This document shows, in pieces, positions 53,832 through 64,000 of a stretch of 64,000 nucleotides of DNA. The number at the start of each line of letters is the position of its first letter. Position 1 is the first letter of the stretch. The stretch is from a virus (taxonomy: Duplodnaviria > Caudoviricetes). A program made the translations under genes and the position numbers. The notes beneath the pieces were generated by a model. It was not told where the DNA came from and made no database searches. It worked only from the letters and a program-made list of their open reading frames with translations. The stretch covers positions 238,582 through 302,581 of the IMG/VR virus record IMGVR_UViG_3300028591_000072; one strand, 5' to 3'.

Positions 53832-54701
53832 TTATTTTTCAACTACATTGATATAATGTTCGTTTTCTTCTTTTTTGCATCTATCAAGTAATTGCTCGTA
53901 ATTGAATTCTTTGGATTTGTTTTTTGATGATTTAACAAACACCAAAAACATTGAAGTATAACTTCGTGAATGGATTTGTCCTGATTTGTATTTACCAGGT
54001 GAAATTAATCTTGCCTTTGCAAGTAACGTAAACTTATCAATCATTTTAAGTCCAAGTCTTTGAGCTGCCATAAAACTAAATTCTTCAACATTGTGCCTAA
54101 TTCCACCTGAAATCATGGATTGGCATTTGAAAATGCAAATTCCATTATCTTTAAGAACACGACTTGCTTCTGATAACCAATGATAATAAGATAAATACAA
54201 GTTATCAACAGGATAATATGCAGAAAAACGTTTATAAATCAAGCTTGCGCCTTCTTTGTTTGATTTTGCAGATGGTGCATTTTGTGGAGAAATTACAAAC
54301 GGTAGGTCAATAACCAATGAATGTATTGAATTATTTTCAATTGGCAATGCCCCCCATTTTTGGATTTCAATAATATCGTCTCTTGTTGGGCAAACATCCA
54401 TAAGGATTTTGGGTTCAGGAATGCTATAAGCATATCCATGACCTTTGTTATAGAATCCAAGAGAACTTGCAGTCATATCAGCATCAAATTGGTCTGAGCC
54501 ATTGTTATATAGCATCCCAATGTTATGGAGAATTTCTGTTTGGTCATATGAGAAATTTTTGATAATATTTGAATTATTCAATTTTTTCTCGTAATTTTCT
54601 TTATTTCCAATAATGATATTATCATCCATTGAGATTTCTTCATCAAAAAGAGGCTCATCATAGAGTTCTTCATTAAATTCAAGTTTAAATTGTTCATTCA
54701 T
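53832..54701 (-). CDS. Putative DNA amino-methyltransferase
   Basis: DADMTAS.LGFY, SLVIDLPF (DPPF variant), EASRVLKDNGICIFKCQ. Confidence 0.72.
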   Translation of the reverse strand: MNEQFKLEFNEELYDEPLFDEEISMDDNIIIGNKENYEKKLNNSNIIKNFSYDQTEILHNIGMLYNNGSDQFDADMTASSLGFYNKGHGYAYSIPEPKILMDVCPTRDDIIEIQKWGALPIENNSIHSLVIDLPFVISPQNAPSAKSNKEGASLIYKRFSAYYPVDNLYLSYYHWLSEASRVLKDNGICIFKCQSMISGGIRHNVEEFSFMAAQRLGLKMIDKFTLLAKARLISPGKYKSGQIHSRSYTSMFLVFVKSSKNKSKEFNYEQLLDRCKKEENEHYINVVEK

Positions 54702-55908
54702 AATATTTTAGTCTTGCTTCTATTAACAGTTTATTAATCATTTCATAATTAGGCCTTTCAGGAAGTGTACAATGTTTAATTGCCTCTTCCATTTCTTCTT
54801 TTTCTTTGTTAGCCTGAGCCATGATTTCATCATATTCAAGTTTATGGTTTTTAATTGAAAGAAGATATTCACGGTCATATGTGCGTTCAACATTGAACCC
54901 TTGGCCAAGTGCAAGTTCCTTACCCATTCTAGTAAGTCTCATACAGTGGCACATATTTTTACCATCATAGTTTTGGCCAAGATTACTCTTGTATCTTTCA
55001 GGGTTACGTTTTGCTTCCCATTCCTTATATTCCTTATATTCACGGCAATGAACAACATAGCCATCTTTGTTGTATGTCATTGTACAAATAGGTGTTTCGT
55101 ATTTCGGAATTGAACAAAGTCTTACATCGTTTGATTCATCAATGTTATCTGGGTTTACAATGCCAGGATATTTAAAATAATTGTTTATAAAAAGTCTTGA
55201 GTTACAATCCATAAGAGATATTGTTTTAAACTTTTCAAAATAGCCCATATCATTGCACCAGTTATTGAAATCATATAGTCCATATTTATCTTTATCAACA
55301 AATTCAAATTTGAAATATGCAGCAAAGTCGTAATAAACGCCATATGTGCAATTCATATTTGGGATATTGACAAGACCGCAATATTTTTGGTCAAGGTTAT
55401 TCTCTTTAAGCCATTCTTTCATTGGCTGAGAACCCTGTCCTTTAAATGTATAACAGAAATCAAGGACATCTTTTCTTTCGTAAATAGGGTTAACGATTTT
55501 CTTGTTAAGTCCACGAGCTTTACCAATTTGTGAAACTGCATAGCCAGTAAGAGTTTTAAAACATTCTTTTGAAAGAAACATATCTCTATGGTCAATAATA
55601 TATTGAACCATAGGATGTACTTCACCTACAATGCAGCGCTTTGGAATGAAAAGAGATTCCATAGCAGTAGGATTTGACTTTATAAGAAGTTCAACCCATC
55701 GTCCAAATTCATAGAATACTGTGTCATTCTTTTCATCAGCGACTTGTTCAATGTAACTGCCTCTAAGTCCGTAAAGCATTTCTTTTGGGCAAATGAAAAC
55801 GCCGCCATGGTCTTCATCAGATGTCGGGGTGTTAAGCCCATAAGCGTGTGAGCCTCTAATATACTCAAACGCAATCATTCCGCTATTTCTAAGTTCTTCA
55901 ATTGTCAT
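54694..55908 (-). CDS. RlaP/YcgL-like pol-beta nucleotidyltransferase
   Basis: RGSHAYGLNTPTSDEDHGGVF, NPT..E.L, GYA..Q, YDGKNMCHCMRL. Confidence 0.85.
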   Translation of the reverse strand: MTIEELRNSGMIAFEYIRGSHAYGLNTPTSDEDHGGVFICPKEMLYGLRGSYIEQVADEKNDTVFYEFGRWVELLIKSNPTAMESLFIPKRCIVGEVHPMVQYIIDHRDMFLSKECFKTLTGYAVSQIGKARGLNKKIVNPIYERKDVLDFCYTFKGQGSQPMKEWLKENNLDQKYCGLVNIPNMNCTYGVYYDFAAYFKFEFVDKDKYGLYDFNNWCNDMGYFEKFKTISLMDCNSRLFINNYFKYPGIVNPDNIDESNDVRLCSIPKYETPICTMTYNKDGYVVHCREYKEYKEWEAKRNPERYKSNLGQNYDGKNMCHCMRLTRMGKELALGQGFNVERTYDREYLLSIKNHKLEYDEIMAQANKEKEEMEEAIKHCTLPERPNYEMINKLLIEARLKYYE

Positions 55909-56091
55909 AGTTTAATTAATATTTTTAATAAGATACAAAGATAATTCAAATGCATTACACATGCCACTGCAAAAATCACGAACAGAGAATCCAAGTTCTT
56001 TATTGTCTTGTTCGGTTGCTTTTTCTTGCAAATTAAGATAATCTTTTTTTCTTTCTTCGAGTTTTGATATTACTTCTTCTTTTGTCATAAT

Positions 56092-58230
56092 TTAGCAATG
56101 TTTTTCGTAATATTCTTTTGAAACCTTGTATGCTTTGTAATCACACAAACTTTCTTCTGAATCTACAACTTCATCGCCTTCAGGGTCTTTGAATGTGTAA
56201 AGCCAATCCCCATAATCTTCGTCAGCTTCGATTTCAATTATTTCTCCGTAGAATTGTTCGCCCTCATAGTCTGAAGTGATTTCATAATTTGCAAGAAAGT
56301 CTCCAATTTTCCATTTTGGCTCTTTGCCAATGCGCCATTGATTACACCCATGCTCAGGTTGTTTTTGTGCATTCAAAAAATCGTACATTTCTTTGATTTC
56401 TTCCGTGGTAAATGGACTTATGCCGCCATCGCCACAAAATTCGATGGCAAGCTTAATTTTGTCAACAATTTCGTCAATGTTCATTTTCTTTCTTTTTTTC
56501 TAAGTTATCAATAATTTTTTGCGCCAAATCAATCATATTGTCAAGTGACTTTGTAAGTTCTGTTGGCTCATAACATGACATTTCATCATTCTTATATTGG
56601 TCATATGTGTTGTCTTTATTTCTATTATGCCAATTTTCATAGCCTTCATGGTTAATATCGCAATAGTGCTTATACCCTTTGAATTCTTTCATTTTAATGA
56701 AGCCATCGTCATAAATTTCATAAACGTCATCAATATGATGATGCCTACAAGTTCCCATACAATTCTTACAACTCATAATTTATATTTTTAAAGTTATACC
56801 TTACCATTATCAAAAACCGTGCCAGAAATTATCAGTTATACGAATATGACCATAAATTATATGAGCCATCGTACATATTTCCATTGTCATCATACCATGC
56901 ATCCAAAAATGTTTCCTCGTCAAAGCCCCTATATGCCTTAACAACATTATTGCCTTTCTTGATGTAAACAGTCTTAAACGGCTGAGGCAATTCATCTTTA
57001 ATGTCAATCCAATTATTCATCTTTATTTTCTGGTTTATATTTCCAATCTTCAATAACATAAGTTTTGCTCAAATATCTTCTCCCCATTGGGTCTTTTGCA
57101 CATCTTAATACAGCATTAAGAAGACATTCAAGTACGGTGTCACCGTATGCTTTGTTGTTTATTGTTTTAACACAAGCTCCACTAACCACATAAATTGGGG
57201 TTGTACAGCTCCAATCATACCCGTTAAATTCAATATTAAGTCCCCAATCTTCTGTAATTTTTTTGCCAAATTCAACATCTTCAGTTTGCCATTTCTTTGG
57301 TAGCATTGACAATAAATCACCAATGTCATATTTTTTTTTGAGTATCTTGATTCCGTATTTCTCAAGAAGACCCATTTCAAATTCGTCAAGATATTTTCTT
57401 TCCTTTGTCATTTTTAATCAAATTTTTTACCGCAAAAAGGACAATATTGAATGTCTGTTTGTGCGCATCCTTCGCCATATGCTGCAATCCATCCATACCC
57501 CATAACAAGAGAAGTATAGCAATTGTCTTCAAGATGTTCTTTACTTCCTTTTACTCGCTTTAGTTTCTCACAAACACATTCATTAACTTCTTCTTCAGGA
57601 ATTAGCTCAATATCACTATCTTTGTAAAACACGCCTGAAACTTTTTCCATCCAGACATATTTCTTACGAAATTCTTCATTTGTGATTGGTTCAAGTTCAA
57701 CAACTTCACCTGTTAATTTGATTTTTCCCTTTATTGGCTTTAACATAATTTTTCAAATTTTAATCCTGATGCTTTCCAACAAAATATATTTGTGATGATG
57801 CATATGTTTTTGACTTGATAACCCTACCGCTAGGTTCAAGTGAAACACATTCTCCCTCTACATATTCAGCGCCAGCTGGGATAATACAATCAAAAACTTC
57901 AAGTCCCTTGTTTTTATCCACTTTAATTTTTTTGCCTGAAGGGAATGTATGGATAAAATCCTTGCTATATACATACAATTTTTCTGCATTCTCATCAACA
58001 CATTTATACATAACAGTATCCCAAAACGAAATCTTTCCCAAAAGATTCCCTTTAAAATGGAATCCATCGCAAGCAGCAACAAGTGGAAATTCTCCACTCA
58101 TTATGTTCTTTTTAATGTAATGATGTGTAAATGGTGTACGATAGCCCTTTGCTTTCTTTTGCATGACTTTAATGACATGGATGTCGGTCTCAGCAGTTTT
58201 TGTCTTTTTTTCTTTTGAAATGCAACACAT
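56092..58230 (-). other. Cluster of small hypothetical CDSs (56092-56484, 56474-56776, ~56832-57020, 57013-57411, 57414-57746, 57760-58230)
   Basis: Tightly packed co-oriented ORFs; e.g. YCPFCGKK and NWIDIKDELP motifs typical of phage early genes. Confidence 0.7.
56808..56824 (-). promoter_or_regulatory. Sigma-54-like promoter
   Basis: Reverse complement TGGCACG-GTTT-TTGATA upstream of 56776. Confidence 0.72.
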
Positions 58231-58261
58231 AATTTTAATTTTTAAAGTTATGCCTTACACT

Positions 58262-58278
58262 TATCAAAAACCGTGCCA
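58262..58278 (-). promoter_or_regulatory. Sigma-54-like promoter
   Basis: Reverse complement TGGCACG-GTTT-TTGATA upstream of 58230. Confidence 0.72.
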
Positions 58279-58290
58279 GATTTCGATATA

Positions 58291-58911
58291 TTATTGTAAT
58301 GGTTCGACTTTATCTAATTCTTCGTAAAGTTTTTTAATGTACTCATTGCATTCCTTGGCATATTCAACAGCCTTTTTGTATTCATTTTCATGGTATCCAA
58401 TACTCCACTTAATTGCATTGATTTCAGACTTAGCCCATTCTTCAATTGATTGTTCTTTCTTGTCATAGTCATATATTGTGCAATCATACTTAATGCTGTC
58501 GTTAAGTTGGTCTTTCATCAACTTTACCAAAGAGTCAAATTCGCTTGGGGCATCCCATTTTTCAACTTTATCAAGAACAGACAAATAGTTTTCTTTTATT
58601 TCTTCTTTATGCTTTCTTGATTCTTCTTTATCTCCATTGATTAATTTTAAATGTTCTTCATACTTTTTACGCAAGGCATCAGGGTCCTTTTGAAGATTCA
58701 TAAAATCTTCAAGTTTCTTTTTTGCTTTTTCAAGTTCTTCTTTATGGTAGTTACTTGGCTTAATATCAGGGGCCTTGTCTAAAGGAAGCGCACTTTCTCC
58801 GAAGTTTGACGCATAATACCCAAAACCAAGTTGTCTTGCACAAGTCAAGGCGAAACCCCTTAGGGAAGTATCTTCGCCTTCATAAATTTTTGAAGTTAAT
58901 CCTGTAGGCAT
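58291..58911 (-). CDS. Conserved phage hypothetical protein
   Basis: MPTG.T...FALTCAR N-terminus; helical body. Confidence 0.75.
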   Translation of the reverse strand: MPTGLTSKIYEGEDTSLRGFALTCARQLGFGYYASNFGESALPLDKAPDIKPSNYHKEELEKAKKKLEDFMNLQKDPDALRKKYEEHLKLINGDKEESRKHKEEIKENYLSVLDKVEKWDAPSEFDSLVKLMKDQLNDSIKYDCTIYDYDKKEQSIEEWAKSEINAIKWSIGYHENEYKKAVEYAKECNEYIKKLYEELDKVEPLQ

Positions 58912-58942
58912 AATTTAAATTTTTAATGTTACTCTTTTATCT

Positions 58943-58959
58943 TATCAAAAACTGTGCCA
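58943..58959 (-). promoter_or_regulatory. Sigma-54-like promoter
   Basis: Reverse complement TGGCACA-GTTT-TTGATA upstream of 58911. Confidence 0.68.
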
Positions 58960-58965
58960 GAAATA

Positions 58966-59559
58966 TTAGTCTTCGTAAAAATCAGTTTTAAATTTGTATT
59001 TTCTGTTAAGTCTGTCAATTTCTGCGGCAATAAGAGCACCTGCCTTTCTAAGTTCTTTAATTCTGTCATCAGGAGTTGGCTTATAATATTTCTCATCCCA
59101 AGGCCATGTTGGTGGAATACCCAACAATTCACAATCATAAACAAGGTGCATTAAAGCGTCTCTACAATCAGCATCCATAGCATATGTTGCGGCTGCATTT
59201 GCAAGCTGATTTTCTGTATGCTCATCATCATGCTCAGGAGTCCATCCCTCTTTAAGTATTTGCCTATTTCTTTCTTCGGATATTTGCTCAACTCCGTCTT
59301 TAATATATCTGTCGTGGCGACCTTCATATGGTAATTTTACAAAACATACCCCACGGCATCCATTAAGATTACATGGGCATTGTAAAACACCGTCTTTTTC
59401 TTCATTGTCAAGAAAATAACATTTTCTATCTGTTGCAACACCAAAGCACACTTCTTCGCCACAATTGTCTGTTGCTGTGTTTTCTATCAATAATTTTTCT
59501 CCGTTTTTAAGCTCTATAATTGAGCCAGGTTTTTGATTAACTAATTCTTCAAAATTCAT
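58966..59559 (-). CDS. Conserved phage protein
   Basis: ERNRQ..KEGWTPEHDDEH...AA..Y...WPW....KP...ELRKAGALIAAEIDRL domain, widespread in phages. Confidence 0.75.
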   Translation of the reverse strand: MNFEELVNQKPGSIIELKNGEKLLIENTATDNCGEEVCFGVATDRKCYFLDNEEKDGVLQCPCNLNGCRGVCFVKLPYEGRHDRYIKDGVEQISEERNRQILKEGWTPEHDDEHTENQLANAAATYAMDADCRDALMHLVYDCELLGIPPTWPWDEKYYKPTPDDRIKELRKAGALIAAEIDRLNRKYKFKTDFYED

Positions 59560-59911
59560 ATTAAAAATGTTATTTATGAATTATTATTTTTATAATCAGA
59601 TTTCTTTATTAAGTCGGTATAATGCTTTATTAATCGTTGATGGGACATTACTTCCCGTATTCTCTTTTTTATTTTCACTCTTTTCTCTATATCTCGTATC
59701 TTCGTACTATTTCCTGCAAATTTTACTTTCATAATTTAAACATATTTTACTTCATTATTCCAGTCTAAACCTACGAATAATATTAATGTCAACATCATAC
59801 TTTGAATGTTGTTTTTCATCAGTTGAAAAGAATGTCCACTCATCGGTATAACTCCAATCATATTCCCTGATAAGGTTTTCAAGTTTTTCTTTAAATTCTT
59901 CTTTTGTCATA

Positions 59912-61078
59912 TTACCAATCAGTTAATTCATAATTTTCTGGTCTAAAAACTTTTCCATTTGGATACTTTTGCTTAAACTCTTCTACGGTTTCAATTGATT
60001 CAATATATAAGCCATAGTATGATTCTATAACGTGTTTCTTATTCACATCATAAATCATATAACGCTCACGAGGTTCTGACTTGTGAATATTAATGTTTAA
60101 TTCTCCACTGCCAAACAAAGCGTCTTCAACTTCATCGCTGAATATGTCATCCCATGTTTCCAATAGTATCTTCATAGTTCTGTACAATTTTCTCTTAAAT
60201 AATCTCTCAGTTCATCGGGAACCTCAAATTGTATTTGTAGCATTCTACGTATTGGGTATCCTTGGTTAACGTATGTTTTTCCAATATAGGCATTTGTAAC
60301 AGTATTAGCAAAGCCAAGTGTGCCAGAGGTTTCATAGCAAGCAATCTCGCAATCATCATATTTTTCTCCATATCCATTAAGGATGCCTTTAAGTTCTTTT
60401 ACTGTCATTCTCTTGGTAATTTTTCTATATCTTCGCTTATTAGTGCGTATGGAATGTTTTTACAAGAATCGTTATCGTCAACATTTACAAGCATTCCAAA
60501 CCATCCCATTTTATAATTGTAATGAACTTCCAAGTCATAACCCCATTTATTATGAACAATGTCACCACGCTTTAATTTGTTTCCGTTTTTATCTCTTTTG
60601 TTCTCATCGGATTTTAATCTTACTATTTCTGTTGCTTTCATATAATGTTAGTTTATTAAATAATCTTTATTTGACTCGTCATTTTACAATATTCATCATA
60701 TCTCCATTTTTCATTTTCCTCATCAGTTTCAAGGTTAAGATAGCAATATCCTCCTTCTGAACTTTGTCCGTATTTTGTACCTGTACGACCACATAAGTAT
60801 GCATATATTACGGCTTTGATGTCAGAAATGTTTTTTACAGGAATTGAATCGTTCATATCAAAACCGTCAATTGAAATTTTGTAGATTGTCTTTCCATCAT
60901 ATTTTTCAGCATATATTCTACCAATATCTCCATCAAAATAGTAATATTCACTATCTTCTTTAGTAAATGCGTGAATATAAACATATTTATCCCATTTATT
61001 CTTCTTCAATAATTTATCCGTTATAGGAGTTTCTATATCAGGGAACAAATCGCTTTTGTAAAATTCTTTATAGTCCAT
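59912..61078 (-). other. Cluster of small hypothetical CDSs (59912-60187, 60172-60408, 60405-60641 YopX-like, 60656-61078)
   Basis: Overlapping co-oriented ORFs; DKNG..L..GDIV in 60405-60641. Confidence 0.65.
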
Positions 61079-61080
61079 TG

Positions 61081-61896
61081 TTATTTGTATTCTTCAAGCA
61101 CTTTATTTTCAAATTCAAAGCAATTAAAGCCTTTGTCAAAGTCATTAACCTTTTTCCTGTAGGCCCTTATTATTTCCCTATCATTCAATTCATTCTCGAA
61201 ATGGAGTTTCTTTTGTTCGTCTAATTGATTAATAATGGCCTTGTAGCCATTTATGCCTCTTTTTGCTTTGTTGTATTTATCAAGCAATTCAGCATATGTC
61301 ATTTTTTGGTCAGCACCTTCAGCAAGAAGTTGCTTTTCCCTTTCCTGACGGAACTTATCTTTCCATGACAGCATATTGTAATAGAACTTTTCTCCAAGGT
61401 TCAAGTCATCATCAGAATATTTTACATTGTGTAATTTAGGTGCTTGCTTGGCAATACGAAACCATGTAAAATGGTATTCTCCGTCATCAGGAATAATATA
61501 TATCAATCCAGCGTATTCAGGTACTTCATCTACTGTGATAAGACCATCGGGAACAGCATAATAAAAGTAATTAGGCTTTTTGAAATTACTGACCAGATAA
61601 TTCTTTTCGTACATTTTCTGGTATATCGGATTTAAAGTTTCAAATATTGGCAAATGTGTTTGCCCGCCCTCAAGTATGATATGTTTGTCCTTTTTATTGA
61701 AGTCATTCTTGAAATCTGACCTGCTTATCTTAATCTCAAATTCATAAATAAGTCCTGACTTTGTTTCAATCAGTTTGTCAGATTCCCAGTTGAATACATA
61801 AAGGTTCTCAAGAACATATTTCTTTGTGCTCTCAGCAAAGAATCTGTCAAGTTTCTTTTGGATATACTCTTCTGTAAACTTAAAATTATTTTCCAT
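61081..61896 (-). CDS. MmcB-like PD-(D/E)xK nuclease
   Basis: WESD......YEFEIKISRSDFKND...PNYFYYAVP...VPEYAGLI. Confidence 0.7.
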   Translation of the reverse strand: MENNFKFTEEYIQKKLDRFFAESTKKYVLENLYVFNWESDKLIETKSGLIYEFEIKISRSDFKNDFNKKDKHIILEGGQTHLPIFETLNPIYQKMYEKNYLVSNFKKPNYFYYAVPDGLITVDEVPEYAGLIYIIPDDGEYHFTWFRIAKQAPKLHNVKYSDDDLNLGEKFYYNMLSWKDKFRQEREKQLLAEGADQKMTYAELLDKYNKAKRGINGYKAIINQLDEQKKLHFENELNDREIIRAYRKKVNDFDKGFNCFEFENKVLEEYK

Positions 61897-62461
61897 CTCT
61901 GTATTTTTTAAGTTCTTCTTTATATTCCACATCAAAAAAATGTCTCATTTTTGGGCATCTTCCATTATAGCATATTTCGCAATCGTGATGCCATCCTGAA
62001 GGAAGTGATGTCAAAGGAACTTTTTCTGTGCAAGAATTGCATGGATTATGCTCTTCGACCCATTTATCAAATGGTTTCATTCTTTCGATTTCTTGCTTTA
62101 TTCTTTCTTCTCTTTCGTCATTTTCCTTTATTATTCTTTCTCTTGTCTCCGCATTAAGTATGTGCTTTGGCGCAACACCCCACCATTTGCTTTCAAAGTG
62201 AAGATTCTTGAGGTCTAAGTTTCTTGTTTCGTCAGACGGTGCATTAATATAATCGCCATACTCAGTCATATATGAAATGATTTCGTATATATGAAACATA
62301 AGCCCCTCACTATCAATTTGCTCATATACTTCGCCATCTTTATTTTCAGCATGTACATCATACATTGGCTCACTATAGCCTACATTTGTTACTTCGATTT
62401 TTATGTTTCTATCATACCCGAATGAACACAATAAAAGGGTCAAAACATCTTTTCCGCTCAT
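61886..62461 (-). CDS. Hypothetical protein with Cys-rich C-terminus
   Basis: 191-aa ORF in operon. Confidence 0.65.
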   Translation of the reverse strand: MSGKDVLTLLLCSFGYDRNIKIEVTNVGYSEPMYDVHAENKDGEVYEQIDSEGLMFHIYEIISYMTEYGDYINAPSDETRNLDLKNLHFESKWWGVAPKHILNAETRERIIKENDEREERIKQEIERMKPFDKWVEEHNPCNSCTEKVPLTSLPSGWHHDCEICYNGRCPKMRHFFDVEYKEELKKYRDGK

Positions 62462-63774
62462 TTTACTACAATATTTTTTAGTTTAATGTCTTTAATAATT
62501 TCAACGCATTCGTCTCTTGTGATTTTTGGATTCATGAATGCACATTCAAGCAAATGGTCAATTATTGTTTTTACTTCTTTACATGGGCCAATACCACGGA
62601 TTTCCATAATATCATTACCGTTGACAGGGAGTTTGTATCCAATCATTTCCTCAATGTCAATTGTCTTGAGAAAATTAAAAACCCAACTTCCGTCTTTTAG
62701 TCTTGGGAATGATTTTGCAATTGCAACAATGTGGTTGAAGTCTTCAATCGTGTCGCATTCATAAGCAATCTCACGGATTTTGCTTCCAAGTTTCCACTTA
62801 CAAGCAAGTTCAAGCGGAAATGCTTTCATTGCATAGAAGTTGACTTTGTTGATAATATCGTTTGAGTACTTGAATTCCTTTAGGAACTTGTTTCTCTGCT
62901 TTCCTTCGCAATACCAATTTTGAACAAATGCGCCAAGAACAGTTTCAAGGTCGTAGTTGTATTTCTCAACAATCTCCAATACAGATTCAAATGCACCTTC
63001 TTTTGCAGCCTCATTTTTTTCTCCGTTTTCATAAGTGAACAGGTACGGTGTAATAGTATCGAAAAAGCCAATATCATTAAGATAACTCAATCCAATATAT
63101 GGATGTCCAGACATCAGAATCTTGTTGAATTCATCGGTGATTCGCTCTTGAGAAATGATTTTAAGGCGTTCAATGTTCCTTTTCATTGCCTCGAACACAT
63201 CATTGTCAATAAGGAAACCAAGTTTTGCTGAAAACCTTGCGGCTCTTAACAGTCTCAATGGGTCCTCATTGAATATTTCATCAGGAGAAGAACATGTGTT
63301 GATAAGTCCTTTTTCAAGGTCATCAAAGCCTCTACCAGTCAAGTCAAGGTCTTCATCCTTTGAAATGTTGTGGTACAATGAATTGATAGTAAAATCCCTA
63401 CGGAAACAATCGTCATTGATTGTTCCGAATGCTGTTTCAGGGTTACGGCTATTCTTGTCTCTATATGTTTCCTTTCTTGTGTGAACAGTTTCAATCTCTT
63501 CATCAGGAAACTCTTTGAGTTTGAACATGGCAGTACCGAAGTTCTCATATACAACTACAGAACCGTTTGTATAACCATTTGATTCAAGCCATTTTGCAAA
63601 ACGGATTCCACCATCCATAAGGTCAACAACAATGTCAATATCCTTGATTGCATCTGAGCCAAGATGTTTGTCTCGCTCACAACCTCCAACAGAATATACA
63701 TGGCCATCGAATTCAGTGCCATTGACAATGTTCTTGATATAATTTAATATTTCGTAATAAGTTTCAATTCTCAT
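62458..63774 (-). CDS. cca: CCA tRNA nucleotidyltransferase (class II)
   Basis: VGGCERD, DIDI, RRDFTINS, EDPLRLLRAARF, SQERITDEF; most tRNA genes here lack encoded CCA. Confidence 0.88.
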   Translation of the reverse strand: MRIETYYEILNYIKNIVNGTEFDGHVYSVGGCERDKHLGSDAIKDIDIVVDLMDGGIRFAKWLESNGYTNGSVVVYENFGTAMFKLKEFPDEEIETVHTRKETYRDKNSRNPETAFGTINDDCFRRDFTINSLYHNISKDEDLDLTGRGFDDLEKGLINTCSSPDEIFNEDPLRLLRAARFSAKLGFLIDNDVFEAMKRNIERLKIISQERITDEFNKILMSGHPYIGLSYLNDIGFFDTITPYLFTYENGEKNEAAKEGAFESVLEIVEKYNYDLETVLGAFVQNWYCEGKQRNKFLKEFKYSNDIINKVNFYAMKAFPLELACKWKLGSKIREIAYECDTIEDFNHIVAIAKSFPRLKDGSWVFNFLKTIDIEEMIGYKLPVNGNDIMEIRGIGPCKEVKTIIDHLLECAFMNPKITRDECVEIIKDIKLKNIVVK

Positions 63775-64000
63775 ATTATTTCTTTTTTGATATTTTACCT
63801 AATTTACCTGTTGCATAAAAACTCAAAATATGTGACCATTGTTTAATTTCATGATAACGTTCCAAGGAAACCCACCATTTCAATGGTGGGAGGAATTGGA
63901 ACACGCCTTTTGCTATTAAACATTATTCTTATTTAAGATAATATACGTTTTTTTTTGCAAAAAAACAAAAAAAATCGTTAATTTAACGATTTTTTCAAGA

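Noticed and set aside
1-64000. Stop-codon reassignment (Lak-type TAG=Gln or TGA=Trp)
   Set aside because: Conserved genes are full length in the standard code, TAG and TGA end genes cleanly, and no suppressor tRNA was seen

Overview
AT-rich segment of a large (jumbo-type) tailed phage, most likely infecting Bacteroidales. Host evidence: Bacteroidetes-type tmRNA tag, OmpA family gene, TAnnTTTG-like promoters and a DDLPF tail. The genetic code appears standard. Protein genes include a sigma-70 factor, SbcC/SbcD-like nuclease, RuvC-like resolvase, primase, ClpP, DnaK, a ThyX-HNH fusion, two collagen-like fibre proteins, four free-standing homing endonucleases, an RlaP-like nucleotidyltransferase and a CCA-adding enzyme. 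The exceptional part is an ~11 kb RNA island (about 22.3-33.8 kb) with about 27 tRNA genes and several unexplained RNA classes. (1) Three tRNA genes (Phe-GAA, Arg-CCT, Thr-TGT) are split in the anticodon loop by a shared 81-101 nt insert made of a hairpin plus a nested tRNA-like fold; it is neither group I nor obviously BHB-type. (2) Seven RNAs share a covarying 7-bp stem + WWRCAGCAA handle and carry tRNA cargo: bare anticodon stem-loops (Glu, Lys, Tyr), a circularly permuted tRNA-Tyr, or a whole tRNA with the handle inserted. This resembles Y RNA (YrlA) architecture. (3) Two exon-less group I intron-like scaffolds have an altered G-binding core and variable peripheral loops. (4) There is a circularly permuted two-piece tmRNA. 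(5) About ten further end-paired structured RNAs and several anticodon-less tRNA mimics lie between the tRNAs. The window also has eight sigma-54-like promoters, repeated boxA-like sites and a recurring ACTATTTAT promoter motif. All structures were read by eye; no database searches or folding computations were run.
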